Shown: piece by piece, positions 18,046 to 28,571 of the stretch
Numbering within the stretch: the first letter of the stretch is position 1
How the letters are laid out: the number at the start of each line of letters is the position of its first letter
DNA from: a virus
Taxonomy: Duplodnaviria > Caudoviricetes
Length of the DNA: 64,000 nt
IMG/VR virus record: IMGVR_UViG_3300044623_001154
Span: 1-64,000 of that record
Strand: one strand, 5' to 3'
Notes under the pieces: model-generated
The model's input: the letters and a program-made list of their open reading frames with translations, nothing else
Database searches by the model: none
What the model was told of the DNA's origin: nothing
Translations under genes and position numbers: made by a program

Positions 18046-18510
18046 ATGAAAATAATAATAACTGAAAATCAGTATAATTTATTAACTGAAATGGAAGACG
18101 ACTTAATATCGTATGAGAGTGATTTTGAATCGGGTATTAATATTTTAGTTATCTTTGAAAGCAATCCAAATTACTCAAACTTAGTAGATTTTTTTGAAGA
18201 GTATGGTTATGGGTTTTATTTCCCTGAACAAAATTTAATAATAATTGATGGTGAAATTTTCTTAGGTGATGACGGTTTAACTATGAAAGACCTTAAATTT
18301 ATTGAAGCTCACGAAATTGCTCATTTAATATTAAAACATAACGGACCTCGGTCTGAAAAAGATGAGATAGAGGCCGACCTTGGTGCTTACATCCTTTTAA
18401 AACAACACAACATGTCAACAGATAGGTTGGTCGATGAGTTTTACAACCGACACGGTGTTGAGTTTGATGAAGAACTAATAAATAAAGTTTCGAAAAATTT
18501 TAAAAAATGA
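18046..18510 (+). CDS. Leader protein with zincin (HExxH) metallopeptidase-like domain
   Basis: AHEIAH ... EIEAD motif as in ImmA/IrrE-like peptidases. Confidence 0.7.
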   Translation: MKIIITENQYNLLTEMEDDLISYESDFESGINILVIFESNPNYSNLVDFFEEYGYGFYFPEQNLIIIDGEIFLGDDGLTMKDLKFIEAHEIAHLILKHNGPRSEKDEIEADLGAYILLKQHNMSTDRLVDEFYNRHGVEFDEELINKVSKNFKK

Positions 18511-18938
18511 AAAAAGTTATAAGATTAACAGAATCTGATTTGATGAGGATTGTTAAAAGAGTGATTAACGAGAGTGAAAGTCATGAGAAAGAATTCAATG
18601 ATAGGTTAGATAACAATGAGGACCCAATGATTGCGTATTATAAATCTCAATTGATTAATGGTACAAAATTATCTGATTTATTTAAAATATATGGTGAAGT
18701 ATTAGCTTTTGATTTATTTGGTGGTAACATAACTAAATTTTTAGATGAAGTTCAGGAAATAAATAATAATTCTAGTGAATATCCCCAAGAAGATTGGAAA
18801 GAGGAAAAGCTTATTCCGATTTTAACCGATTATTTTTGTCAAGGGGATGAAGATAAGGCATATAATGAGGTTAGAAAATGGTGGAAAAATATTACGTTTG
18901 AGGATGATGACTTAGATAATTTGGAGGCTATGAGATAA
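18507..18938 (+). CDS. MKKVIRLTESDL leader protein
   Basis: Conserved leader. Confidence 0.8.
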   Translation: MKKVIRLTESDLMRIVKRVINESESHEKEFNDRLDNNEDPMIAYYKSQLINGTKLSDLFKIYGEVLAFDLFGGNITKFLDEVQEINNNSSEYPQEDWKEEKLIPILTDYFCQGDEDKAYNEVRKWWKNITFEDDDLDNLEAMR

Positions 18939-18998
18939 CTCCACCTCATCAGGTGGGTTTTTTGTTATGTGAGGATATTTATTATTAAAATTATAAGA

Positions 18999-20153
18999 AT
19001 GAAACATTTATTAAATAATTTAAGCGAAGAAGAAAAGAATAGTATTCGTGGACAACATACAGGAGGTATGCTAGTGAATAATTCGAGATTTAACTCTTTA
19101 TTGGAAAATAAATTGGGTAACTCTAAACCATTGGTTGAACAATTTGACGATGAGGATGATAGTCGTATTAAAAATAAATTAAAACACCCTGGTTCTGAAA
19201 TTATGATGGTTGGTCATGATTATACTTTAATTAAAGTTGAAGGTACGGGAGAAGAACAAAGAAAAGCGGTTGAGTGGTTTGGTGGTTATTATAAATGGAC
19301 TGAGGGGGAATCACATTGGGAAGAATCAATACCAAATGAAAAATTTGGTCTTAGACTTTTAGTTAACGGACCGATATTTTTTATATTTCCAAATGATGAT
19401 AATGGGGATGTTGGTTTAGTGACAGGGTTACCTAGTGAAAGATACCTAATTCAGTTTGAACACAGAAGATTTGTTGATAGATTGGACAAAAAGTTTGACG
19501 TTGTTAGAAGATTTAATGGTGATTTCGCTGAGTTCAAAGATATTCTTAAAGAATATTTATATCCATCAGAACCAACATTAGATAATGAACTTAATGATGA
19601 AGAACTTGATGAGGACACATCTTGGATGAATGATTTAGAAGAAGGAAAGAATAGTATTCGTGGACAACATACAGGTGGTATGCAAGTGAATAATTCAAGA
19701 TTTAACACATTATTGGAAAATAAATTGGGTAACTCTAAACCATTGGTTGAACAATTGGACGATGAGGATGATTATGAATTAGAGGATGAAAACGAACCAT
19801 ATATTGATTTAACAGATGATGAGGATGATGATATTCACCAAATACACCGTAAAATGAGTTCTGATGATGAAGAACTTTATCGTGGTGCCCCTGAAAGACT
19901 TGTTAAACATATGGATAGTGGTAAAATTTCTGGTACACATAAACACGGTGTTGGTTATACCCCTAACGAGTTTGGAAAAAGTTTAGGACATTCAAGTCAC
20001 CCTACTTCAATTCCTAATTATACCAAAATGGAGGATTTAGATGATATAAACGGTATGTTAAGAATGTCAAATCCTAATAAAGGTAGAAGATATAGAGATT
20101 TAGAAGAAGACACATCTTGGATGAATGATTTAGAAGAAGGAAACGATTGGTAA
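18999..20153 (+). CDS. Acidic protein with internal duplication of an extended leader (fusion of two cassettes)
   Basis: KNSIRGQHTGGM.VNNSRFN.LLENKLGNSKPLVEQ.DDEDD twice; EDTSWMNDLEEG twice. Confidence 0.8.
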   Translation: MKHLLNNLSEEEKNSIRGQHTGGMLVNNSRFNSLLENKLGNSKPLVEQFDDEDDSRIKNKLKHPGSEIMMVGHDYTLIKVEGTGEEQRKAVEWFGGYYKWTEGESHWEESIPNEKFGLRLLVNGPIFFIFPNDDNGDVGLVTGLPSERYLIQFEHRRFVDRLDKKFDVVRRFNGDFAEFKDILKEYLYPSEPTLDNELNDEELDEDTSWMNDLEEGKNSIRGQHTGGMQVNNSRFNTLLENKLGNSKPLVEQLDDEDDYELEDENEPYIDLTDDEDDDIHQIHRKMSSDDEELYRGAPERLVKHMDSGKISGTHKHGVGYTPNEFGKSLGHSSHPTSIPNYTKMEDLDDINGMLRMSNPNKGRRYRDLEEDTSWMNDLEEGNDW

Positions 20154-20217
20154 AAATTAAACTATTATAAGCCCCACCATTGAGTGGGGTTTTTTGTTTT
20201 ATATTGTATTTATAAAT

Positions 20218-20586
20218 ATGAAAATTATAATAACTGAAAATAAACTAAATGAGTTTATAAATAAATTCATTGGTGATTATGTTAAAGATTATAACAGATA
20301 CAAAAATGGTTCTTTTCTTCTTTATGAAGAACCATGGGATGATGATGATTATGCCAATTATGATAGTGTTGTGTTAGAACATGATTCAGAAGATGGTAGA
20401 TTACTTATTAGATATAGTTTGGTAAAAACAATTTCGGACATGTTTGGTTTAAGTCTAACCGATGCTAGAGTTAGAATTAAGGATTGGTTTGAGAATGAAA
20501 ATGGATTGATAGTTAAATTTGTCGAATCAGATAAAATTGCTGGTAAACAATATTTTAATAACGAAGATGAAGATACTAATAACTGA
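20218..20586 (+). CDS. Leader protein, W-F-x-E family
   Basis: MKIIITENKL ... IKDWFENENGLIV. Confidence 0.75.
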   Translation: MKIIITENKLNEFINKFIGDYVKDYNRYKNGSFLLYEEPWDDDDYANYDSVVLEHDSEDGRLLIRYSLVKTISDMFGLSLTDARVRIKDWFENENGLIVKFVESDKIAGKQYFNNEDEDTNN

Positions 20587-20965
20587 AAATAAATTACAAT
20601 CATTATTCAATGGGATGGTTTCCGAATATGATAAGTTAATCGAGTCGGAACGTGATTATGATTATTATGACGAGAGCAAAAGTCGTTATATTGATTACAC
20701 ACCGTTTAATTTTTATATGGATGATGAAGATTGGGAGAATGATGAATGGATTATGCAATATGCTGAAAAACCCCCATATAATAAACCTGTTGAGGGATTT
20801 GAAACACCATTATTAATTTACTCAGAATGGTATTTTAAATCATTAACAACAATGTTTGTGGATAAGTTTGATGATTTATTAGCGGAATGGTTTACATTAA
20901 CATATGGATATCCTGTTAAAATGGTTAAAAGTTACAGAGATGTTAATGACTTTTTAGGTTATTAA
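20567..20965 (+). CDS. Leader protein, W-F family
   Basis: MKILITENKL ... LAEWFTLTYGYPV. Confidence 0.75.
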   Translation: MKILITENKLQSLFNGMVSEYDKLIESERDYDYYDESKSRYIDYTPFNFYMDDEDWENDEWIMQYAEKPPYNKPVEGFETPLLIYSEWYFKSLTTMFVDKFDDLLAEWFTLTYGYPVKMVKSYRDVNDFLGY

Positions 20966-20989
20966 AACACCATCTTAATATTTATATTT

Positions 20990-21475
20990 ATGAAAATCAT
21001 TATTCGGAACGAGTTAGTTAACAATTTACGAGACCAAATTAAAACTTTAGGTGTTGGTGAGGTTGTTAAATTAGTTGGTGGTGTTGATACATTATTAAAA
21101 GTTACCTTTAATGGTGATTTAAATGAATTTTATAAAACTACTGGTTATGTCCCATATAAGTTTGATTCAACAGGTGAGAATATGTATATAGATGAAATGT
21201 TAATTCAAACACTTAATTTAGAAGATGTGTACTTAGGAAAAAAACTTGGTGATTTTAGATGGACTAGTAGTGGTATGGATTTTAAGGTTACCACGATAGT
21301 TTTTAAACCTTTTAAAAATCAATCGGGTCAAGAGTTACGGAGAGTTATTGGGAGAAGTGGTGATTCAGGGTTTGGTGATTCGTATATCTCAAAAAAAAAC
21401 ACAATCGGTAAACGAGGTAGAGCTCAGATATTCAAACAAATTATAGAGGAATATAAATTAAACAGTTATATATGA
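20990..21475 (+). CDS. Leader-variant protein with helix-G-helix-GG module
   Basis: MKIIIRNE; IKTLGVGEVVKLVGGVD. Confidence 0.7.
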   Translation: MKIIIRNELVNNLRDQIKTLGVGEVVKLVGGVDTLLKVTFNGDLNEFYKTTGYVPYKFDSTGENMYIDEMLIQTLNLEDVYLGKKLGDFRWTSSGMDFKVTTIVFKPFKNQSGQELRRVIGRSGDSGFGDSYISKKNTIGKRGRAQIFKQIIEEYKLNSYI

Positions 21476-22269
21476 AAATTATTATTGGTGAAAATACTGA
21501 ATCTAAGTTATCAGGTTTGTTACAGACAAAGATTGGTGAAATATTAGATGGTATTAAAAAACGTTATCGTAAAGAGGAGATTGGTGCTAGTAATTGGTAT
21601 CTAAACACATTTTCAAGAATTGACAAAGTAGTTGTTAGAAACCTTAAAGTTAACCCCTATTTTAGTATTTATATTGATGTTTACAGTAATCATGGACACT
21701 TCGATGAAGATGATGCCCAATCGTTTGCGGTATATTTAAAAGAAGAATTAAGTTATATAGGTAATCCTTGGGTTGTTCCCATATTAATCAATAATAATTT
21801 GGAGGACGAAGATATGATTAGTGAAAATGAAAATGAAAATGAAAAACCAAAGTTAAACGACGTAATACAATCTATGATTGATGAATCAGGTTTGGTTAAT
21901 ACTATTAAATCTTCGGGTGGATATGATACATTTGTAACAATCATACCTGATTACTTCAAGTCAAAAACAAAGAAGATTAATTTAATCAATGATATAATTG
22001 TTTATGATGAAGAAGCTAATGGTAGAATTTATTTAGAAGATTTTATGAATCCAATAGTTATTCGGGAGGAAATTGTTGATGGGGGAACATTTCAACATGA
22101 GATTTCTTTTATTGAAAACGATATTGTCTGTGTCGCAGTGTGGGAATATGATGAAGATGGTGACCAGTTAGATGATATGGACGATACTTATGATATGTAT
22201 TTAGAAGAAATACAACCAAGACATTTAAACCAAATATTTGAAGGACTAATTAACGAATATTTAAGATGA
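21472..22269 (+). CDS. Two-domain leader protein
   Basis: MKIIIGE; internal MISE junction, then the GG module. Confidence 0.75.
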   Translation: MKIIIGENTESKLSGLLQTKIGEILDGIKKRYRKEEIGASNWYLNTFSRIDKVVVRNLKVNPYFSIYIDVYSNHGHFDEDDAQSFAVYLKEELSYIGNPWVVPILINNNLEDEDMISENENENEKPKLNDVIQSMIDESGLVNTIKSSGGYDTFVTIIPDYFKSKTKKINLINDIIVYDEEANGRIYLEDFMNPIVIREEIVDGGTFQHEISFIENDIVCVAVWEYDEDGDQLDDMDDTYDMYLEEIQPRHLNQIFEGLINEYLR

Positions 22270-23183
22270 AAATAATAATAACAGAACTACAACGTAAATC
22301 ACTTAATGAAATGATTAAACTCGACATTAAAGTTGGGGATACATTAATGGGTGGTAAATTTAAGAATAAGAAGGTGGTTGTTAAAACTATTGGTAAGAAT
22401 GATAAGGGTGATATCACAATTAATGGTAAACCATTGTTAAGATTTAGAATGTTAAAGGAAAATGTAGATATACCTGAGAATAAAATACTGAATATGTTTA
22501 AGAAATGGTTATATGATACTTATGACAATATTTCGTTTTTGGAAATTTCAACAAAACCTGACCCCTATTTACACCCCTCAAGATTTAAAGACATTCCATT
22601 AGTCATAGTTCATTATACGGAGAGTGATGAGGGTGAATATCCCACTTATCAACCCAATTATAGAAGTTGGTTAGTTATAGATATAGTTGAAACATGGAAT
22701 AAAATCACAGGTGGTTCAATACCAATTACAGGTAGTTTTTATGATAGAATTGACCATAAAAACGTTAAGATACTTGTTGACGCTGAAGAGTTTAGTGAAG
22801 ATGAGGATGAACCAATTAATGAAAGTGTTAATCCTAAAATGAATGATTTATTTGATGACTACATTAAAAAAGTTCATCCTGAATTTTTAGTTAAGAACTC
22901 CTCATTTAGAATGTCTTCAGGTGAAGATACATTATACATTTATACCGATAGTACTGATAGTTATAGACCAGGTGCAACGTTTTTTGTTGACTTAGTTTAT
23001 AATGATGATGTTGATGGTAAACATTTGGTTTTTTATGATGAGAAATACATTGAGGAATTTTCTAATGTATTTGGTGAAGATAAATGGGCAGAACTATTTT
23101 TAAATTGGATTAATAAAGAATATGAACCTAAATTAAAAAGATACTTCAATGAGATTGATTGGGAAATAACAGGTGTAAATTAA
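22266..23183 (+). CDS. Multi-domain leader protein (putative polyprotein)
   Basis: Segments bounded by LNE, LKE, INE; first is a basic KOW/SH3-like DIKVGD..GGKFKNKK module. Confidence 0.75.
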   Translation: MKIIITELQRKSLNEMIKLDIKVGDTLMGGKFKNKKVVVKTIGKNDKGDITINGKPLLRFRMLKENVDIPENKILNMFKKWLYDTYDNISFLEISTKPDPYLHPSRFKDIPLVIVHYTESDEGEYPTYQPNYRSWLVIDIVETWNKITGGSIPITGSFYDRIDHKNVKILVDAEEFSEDEDEPINESVNPKMNDLFDDYIKKVHPEFLVKNSSFRMSSGEDTLYIYTDSTDSYRPGATFFVDLVYNDDVDGKHLVFYDEKYIEEFSNVFGEDKWAELFLNWINKEYEPKLKRYFNEIDWEITGVN

Positions 23184-23246
23184 TATTTGACATTAAATCA
23201 TTTATCCCTTATACTTTAATCAATAAACTTAAATAACTAAAAAAAA

Positions 23247-23717
23247 ATGACAAACGAATTAAAAACGATTGAAAACTTATTGAACAAACTTTGGACTGAG
23301 TCTAATTACCCAACTACATTCGGTACTAAAGCAACTGAATGGTTTACACCTGTAGTTAACAGTGAATTATTCACACCATCAAAAGTTGCTAACTCTTGGT
23401 ACAAAAATTATAACCCAACTTATAATGAAACACCAACAAGTTACACAACTGAAAACACTTTAACATGGTCATTTGAATTACCAGGGTTTAACAATGAAAA
23501 TTTGACAGTTGAACTTTCAAACAACAAATTGTTTATTGAAGGAAAACGTCCTCTTAACACAACTGAAGAAACTTATGAAACTGTATCTAAAACTTACACG
23601 GTTGATACAACTACATATGATTTCACTAACTCAACTGCTGAGATTAAAGACGGTATCTTAACTGTGACTTTTCCAAAGTACAAAAAAGATAAGAAAAAAG
23701 TCGTTACGTTAATTTAA
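23247..23717 (+). CDS. Small heat-shock protein (Hsp20/alpha-crystallin)
   Basis: FELPGF..E.L.V.L....L.IEG and AEIKDGILTVTFPK. Confidence 0.9.
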   Translation: MTNELKTIENLLNKLWTESNYPTTFGTKATEWFTPVVNSELFTPSKVANSWYKNYNPTYNETPTSYTTENTLTWSFELPGFNNENLTVELSNNKLFIEGKRPLNTTEETYETVSKTYTVDTTTYDFTNSTAEIKDGILTVTFPKYKKDKKKVVTLI

Positions 23718-23802
23718 TTTTATTAAATGAAATTAAACCCCTCTTTCTTAATTGATTGGGGGGTTTTTTGTTTCTTATAATATTTATAATAAAAATGATA
23801 TT

Positions 23803-23970
23803 ATGAAAAAAGAAGAAGTATTAGGTATTGTTAGACATCTATTAACCTTTATTGGTGGTGGTGTTGTTGCTAAAGGTATTGTGGATGAATCACAAGTTTT
23901 AGAAATAATTGGTGCTATTATGACCTTGGTAGGTTCAGTATGGTCAGTTGCCGATAAAAGAAAAAAATAA
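23803..23970 (+). CDS. Putative two-TM holin
   Basis: LGIVRHLLTFIGG...GAIMTLVG.VWS..K pattern of small phage holin-like proteins. Confidence 0.65.
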   Translation: MKKEEVLGIVRHLLTFIGGGVVAKGIVDESQVLEIIGAIMTLVGSVWSVADKRKK

Positions 23971-24041
23971 TTTAATTAAAATGATTAAACCCCCTTTCTT
24001 AAATGATTGGGGGTTTTTTGTTTTATATTATATTTATTAAT

Positions 24042-24680
24042 ATGAAATTAATATTAACTGAAGAACAATATTTTAAAATTTTTGAAGATGTTAAACCATC
24101 AGATAAAGCAATAAAAAATATATGTGATTCCGAAAAATTTTGTAAAGCTCAAGGTAAAATCACTTTTGGTCAATTACGGTCTTTAGTTGATTATTCAACA
24201 AAGAAAAGGATTTTATATCATTTAGGTGAAGGTGGTTATAAAGCTTTTTTAAGAATATTACCGTGGTTTTTACCACAAATAACGTTTGTGGGTGTTGCGG
24301 CATCAATAAGTCGAGCGATAAATAAAATAATAAAACCCGCTTTAGAAGAAACCAATGGTTATAAAACTTGGTGGGGGAAAGTTATTATGAAGTCGTTTAA
24401 CATTGTTGAGGGGGAATTACCAATTGATGACCCATTATCCAAGATATTCTTCATATCAGATGGTTTAATGACAATGTTAAATGAAAATTATAAAATTAAA
24501 TTTGCTCGTTATATCGTAAAAATAACTAGTGAAAAATCTGATGATGAGGTTGTACCTGACTATTTTGTTGAAAATGAATTAAGGACTTGGTTAAATGAAA
24601 AATTTTTATTAGACCCACCACTACCACCCAAACAAGATAAGACTAAAGACGATTTTAATATTGATGACCCTACATTATAA
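24042..24680 (+). CDS. MKLILTE leader protein
   Basis: ATG 24042 after TATTTAT; ITFGQL motif. Confidence 0.75.
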   Translation: MKLILTEEQYFKIFEDVKPSDKAIKNICDSEKFCKAQGKITFGQLRSLVDYSTKKRILYHLGEGGYKAFLRILPWFLPQITFVGVAASISRAINKIIKPALEETNGYKTWWGKVIMKSFNIVEGELPIDDPLSKIFFISDGLMTMLNENYKIKFARYIVKITSEKSDDEVVPDYFVENELRTWLNEKFLLDPPLPPKQDKTKDDFNIDDPTL

Positions 24681-24715
24681 GTAGGGTTTTTTGTTTGTTG
24701 TAATATTTATCTAAT

Positions 24716-25108
24716 ATGAAAATATTGATAACTGAAAATAGGCTGATTAATTTATATCAATCATTAATTAATAGATGTGTTGATGAATTGAGTTCTATGG
24801 GTCATGAAGAAATCCCAGCTGAAGATTGGGTTGACCCTTATGTATTTGATGAAGCTGAGGCTATAGATAGTATTACCGTTAATGATGTTGAGGTTATGGA
24901 TGAAACTTATCCTTCATTTAGTATTATGGTTGTTGAAATACATGCGGATGTTATTTTGGATTCATTAAAGAGATATGATTTAGAGAACTTAAATTATCAT
25001 ATTGAATACTTCATTAAGGCAAACACATTTGGTAAAAGTGATAGAGGTGTTAAAATTGATTTGTTATTTGATAGTGTAGAATTAAAAAATAAAAATCCTC
25101 AGTGGTAG
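24716..25108 (+). CDS. MKILITE leader protein
   Basis: Leader plus TATTTAT. Confidence 0.75.
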   Translation: MKILITENRLINLYQSLINRCVDELSSMGHEEIPAEDWVDPYVFDEAEAIDSITVNDVEVMDETYPSFSIMVVEIHADVILDSLKRYDLENLNYHIEYFIKANTFGKSDRGVKIDLLFDSVELKNKNPQW

Positions 25109-25112
25109 ATAT

Positions 25113-25589
25113 ATGATAGAAAAATTTAAAAATTTAGTTAAAAATGTCGGAGTAGTTGACGCCATTAAAATGATGGGTGGTTTCGACACATTTAGGGAAA
25201 TTGCTGAAAATAATCCCCAATTTAAACCATATCTTGATAAATTAAAAGGTAGTTGTAGTATTTCAGATTTAGAAAAATCAACTGATGCGTATTTTGATTT
25301 TTACATATTGAATGTCGATACTCGAGATGATTTTGCCGAACTAACGGTTGATATGGTTGTTGATTTTAAGAATCTATCAGGTGAGGAAATTTATAAATTA
25401 AAAAAATGGTTAGGTGCGGTTGCCAATGACCATTACTTTGATATATACGATATTGATTTGGAAATACCATCAGACCAAAATCTATTTATTAAATCATTCA
25501 ATGGTAAACCATATAGTTGGTCTGGTTATGATAATGTTATTAGTGACAATGAAGCTTTTGAATTACTTGATAAAACAGGTAAGTGGTAG
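25113..25589 (+). CDS. GG-module protein, tandem duplicate copy 1
   Basis: High identity to the N-half of 25594. Confidence 0.8.
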   Translation: MIEKFKNLVKNVGVVDAIKMMGGFDTFREIAENNPQFKPYLDKLKGSCSISDLEKSTDAYFDFYILNVDTRDDFAELTVDMVVDFKNLSGEEIYKLKKWLGAVANDHYFDIYDIDLEIPSDQNLFIKSFNGKPYSWSGYDNVISDNEAFELLDKTGKW

Positions 25590-25593
25590 ATAT

Positions 25594-26664
25594 ATGATAG
25601 AAAAATTTAAACTATTAGTTAAAAATGTTGGAGTACTTGAAGCTATTAAAATGATAGGTGGTTTCGACGCATTTAGGGAAATTGCTGAAAATAACCCCCA
25701 ATTTAGACCATATCTTGACGAATTAAAAGGTAGTTGTAGTGTTTCATTAGTGAATACCCCTGATGCGTATTTCGATTTTTACATAATGGATTATGATATT
25801 ATGGATGGGGAATTTGTTGAATTAATTGTTGATATGATAGTTAATTTTAATAATCTATCAGGTGAGGAGATATATCAATTAAAACAATGGTTTGGAGCGG
25901 TTGCCGATGACCACGGATTTGAGATATATGATATTGACTTAAAAATCCCGACACACCAAAATCTATATATTAAATCATTCAATGGTAGACCATATAGTTG
26001 GACTGGTTTTGATGGTTTAGAGATTAGTGATGATGAAGCTATTGAATTACTCGATAAAACAGGTTTGTGGGAAGGTATGATTAGAGAAAACGATGAAATG
26101 TTATCAAAAGATGATGGTAAATCTGAATTATCTAACCAAAAACAAATGTTAACTAAAATTTGGGATAAACAAGGGTTCGCTAATAAAGACCCAATGTTTA
26201 TGAAACTATTTCATATTTCGGGCTGGAAAGAAAGCTATGTTGAAACTTGGGTTGTTGAATGGAATAAAAAAAACAATATTAATCCTTTAAAATATTTTGA
26301 AGAAGACGGTTTTAAGTTTCACCAATTATCACCAACAAATCCTCATTTATTTTTAAGTGAAGATAGTAGAACCGTAACGATAACCCAAGATACTGTAACA
26401 GGTGATATAATAATACATCGTATAGATGTTAGTACTCAAACAGAAAGTGTTGGTGTTTGGTTTGAGATAATATTCGATACGATTACCGAACCAAGTTTTA
26501 ATGGTAGAACATTTGATGAAATGTATGATTATGATAATATGGATGAAGATGATTATGACGAAATAGTTAATTCATACCGTGATGATTTACATTGGGGTTT
26601 ACAAAACTATATCGAGAAAAAATACACAAGAAAAATGGGTTACTATTTAGATTTAGAATGGTAA
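25594..26664 (+). CDS. GG-module protein, tandem duplicate copy 2 with extra C-terminal domain
   Basis: ATG 25594; duplicated part ends at KTGLW, then an MIRE junction. Confidence 0.8.
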   Translation: MIEKFKLLVKNVGVLEAIKMIGGFDAFREIAENNPQFRPYLDELKGSCSVSLVNTPDAYFDFYIMDYDIMDGEFVELIVDMIVNFNNLSGEEIYQLKQWFGAVADDHGFEIYDIDLKIPTHQNLYIKSFNGRPYSWTGFDGLEISDDEAIELLDKTGLWEGMIRENDEMLSKDDGKSELSNQKQMLTKIWDKQGFANKDPMFMKLFHISGWKESYVETWVVEWNKKNNINPLKYFEEDGFKFHQLSPTNPHLFLSEDSRTVTITQDTVTGDIIIHRIDVSTQTESVGVWFEIIFDTITEPSFNGRTFDEMYDYDNMDEDDYDEIVNSYRDDLHWGLQNYIEKKYTRKMGYYLDLEW

Positions 26665-26755
26665 TCTGAAAATTAAAAAAAGAATGTCAAGTTTTCACGT
26701 ATAATTTTTGTTAGTTATTAGTTTTCGTATTATATTTGTAGAAACAGATACGGTC

Positions 26756-27340
26756 ATGAAAACATTAGTAACTATATTATTCGCAATCATCACAGTGGCA
26801 ACTTACTCTCAAGAAGTTTTGTCTAAGTACCCATTGTTCTCAGATATATGGAAAGTTAACGTAGTTGTTGAGAATGGTAAAAAAGTTGATGTTGTAACAC
26901 CAATCAATGCTAAATGTTTCTCACTTAACACTTCATACGTAGAACAAACTATCAACGAGACTGAAATTGAAAAATACTTGTTAGAGTCTTTCAATAAATT
27001 CCGTAAAGAGTACAACGCATTACCTGTTACTCAGGATGCTGGTATAACTAAAGGTGCTGAAGAATACGCTAAAAAATTGGCATCATCTAACACTTTAGTA
27101 CACGATGTAAACTTACCATACGGACAATCTGAATGTATCGCAAATATCTCTTTCATGTTGTTGAGTAAACTAACTAAAGAAGATGGTAACATAAACAAAA
27201 TCATCGCCGACTCTTATTTTGACATCTTCGTAGGAAGTGACGCACACATGGACATATTGTTAGACAACGACACTAAAACTTACGGATTTGGAATCGCAGT
27301 TCTTAATAACTCAATCAGAGTAGTTGTTCGTGGAAAATAA
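26756..27340 (+). CDS. Secreted CAP/SCP-domain protein
   Basis: Signal peptide; FNKFRKE....V..D.....AE.YA..LA....L.H, SECIA, S..HM.ILL...YGFGIA. Confidence 0.75.
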   Translation: MKTLVTILFAIITVATYSQEVLSKYPLFSDIWKVNVVVENGKKVDVVTPINAKCFSLNTSYVEQTINETEIEKYLLESFNKFRKEYNALPVTQDAGITKGAEEYAKKLASSNTLVHDVNLPYGQSECIANISFMLLSKLTKEDGNINKIIADSYFDIFVGSDAHMDILLDNDTKTYGFGIAVLNNSIRVVVRGK

Positions 27341-27367
27341 AAAAGGGAGTCTAAAACTCCCTTTTTT
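27341..27367. terminator. Bidirectional terminator
   Basis: AAAAGGGAGT..ACTCCCTTTTTT between convergent genes. Confidence 0.75.
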
Positions 27368-27375
27368 ATTACCAA

Positions 27376-28494
27376 CTATTTTAATATTGGACAAACCAGC
27401 ATCTTAGCTGCCCAATTTGATTTGTTTTTTTTAGTACCTGTTATTCTCATAATAATTTTTGGTAATTGATATGTGATGTGTCTACCAGGTTTTAAAAATT
27501 TTATATTATACATATCAGAAGTAACATCAATAAAATCATCTTCTTTTGGTATTGGGTCAGGTTCTTTATTATCATTAAAACCAACCATTAAATCCATATC
27601 CAAATATTTGTATTGTTCATATTCAGGTCTTTTTTGTTCTTTAATATTTTCGGGCCATTTGGAATTCCAAGCTGGTCCTGATGTTCCTGGTAATTTAGAG
27701 TTAGTTCCCATCCAATTTTGTTGGGGTTTAAAGGTCTCAGGAATATAAACACCAATTTTACGTAATTCATCTATCACATAGTTAGTTGCCGTTTGATTTC
27801 TTAATCTTGATAAATCTTCAAATGAATATGTTTTTTTATCAGGTGATGGACCATTGGGTAATGTTGAGCATGATGATTTAACCGACATGGAATCAATAAA
27901 CGCTTTTGGTTCACCTTCTTTAGGTGTTAGAAGCTCCATTTGTTTTACTATTGGGTCAATAATATCCTCTTTAACCGATTGAACAAAAACATCTGTTAAT
28001 TGAAAATAATTGTCCACGAAGAATTTAGAATTTGGTTCTAAGTTTCCTGGAAATTTAAGTGGTACACCTGCAACTTTTTTAACTTTACCTTCAATAGGAA
28101 TTTGGTCAACAGTTGTTTTATCCCCAACGATAACTGATTCCCATTTATTTTCTTCGTAAGTAGCGTTAAACTCTTCTAATGCCGCCACGGCATATCCTTT
28201 ATGTATTGTATCTTGTTTAAGTTTTAACCAAAACTTTTTAGACGAACCTTGCATCAAACTAACCATAGTTGAATCATTCTTCAAATAAGCGTCCCATTGG
28301 TCTTGAGGTGTTTTAGCGACATAACTATCAAAACTAACAACGTCAGTTTTACTTGGTTTACCTTTACCTAATTCACGAACTTTACCTTTTTTAATTTTTA
28401 TATCTAAACGACGTTGTTCATTAATCACGTAATCAAACTTAATTAAGTCCTTCATTCTCGTCATTTCGTTTAATATATTTTCGTTATTTTTCAT
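27376..28494 (-). CDS. Hypothetical protein with ILNE/VINEQ leader variant; possible degenerate OmpA-C-like domain
   Basis: 372 aa; SSCST...LSRLRNQTA..Y...L pattern weakly OmpA-like. Confidence 0.65.
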   Translation of the reverse strand: MKNNENILNEMTRMKDLIKFDYVINEQRRLDIKIKKGKVRELGKGKPSKTDVVSFDSYVAKTPQDQWDAYLKNDSTMVSLMQGSSKKFWLKLKQDTIHKGYAVAALEEFNATYEENKWESVIVGDKTTVDQIPIEGKVKKVAGVPLKFPGNLEPNSKFFVDNYFQLTDVFVQSVKEDIIDPIVKQMELLTPKEGEPKAFIDSMSVKSSCSTLPNGPSPDKKTYSFEDLSRLRNQTATNYVIDELRKIGVYIPETFKPQQNWMGTNSKLPGTSGPAWNSKWPENIKEQKRPEYEQYKYLDMDLMVGFNDNKEPDPIPKEDDFIDVTSDMYNIKFLKPGRHITYQLPKIIMRITGTKKNKSNWAAKMLVCPILK

Positions 28495-28571
28495 ATTTCT
28501 AATATTATTATATTTAATAAATATTCATTATCTTTGAAATCCTTAATAATAGAGTATTTATATATTATATA

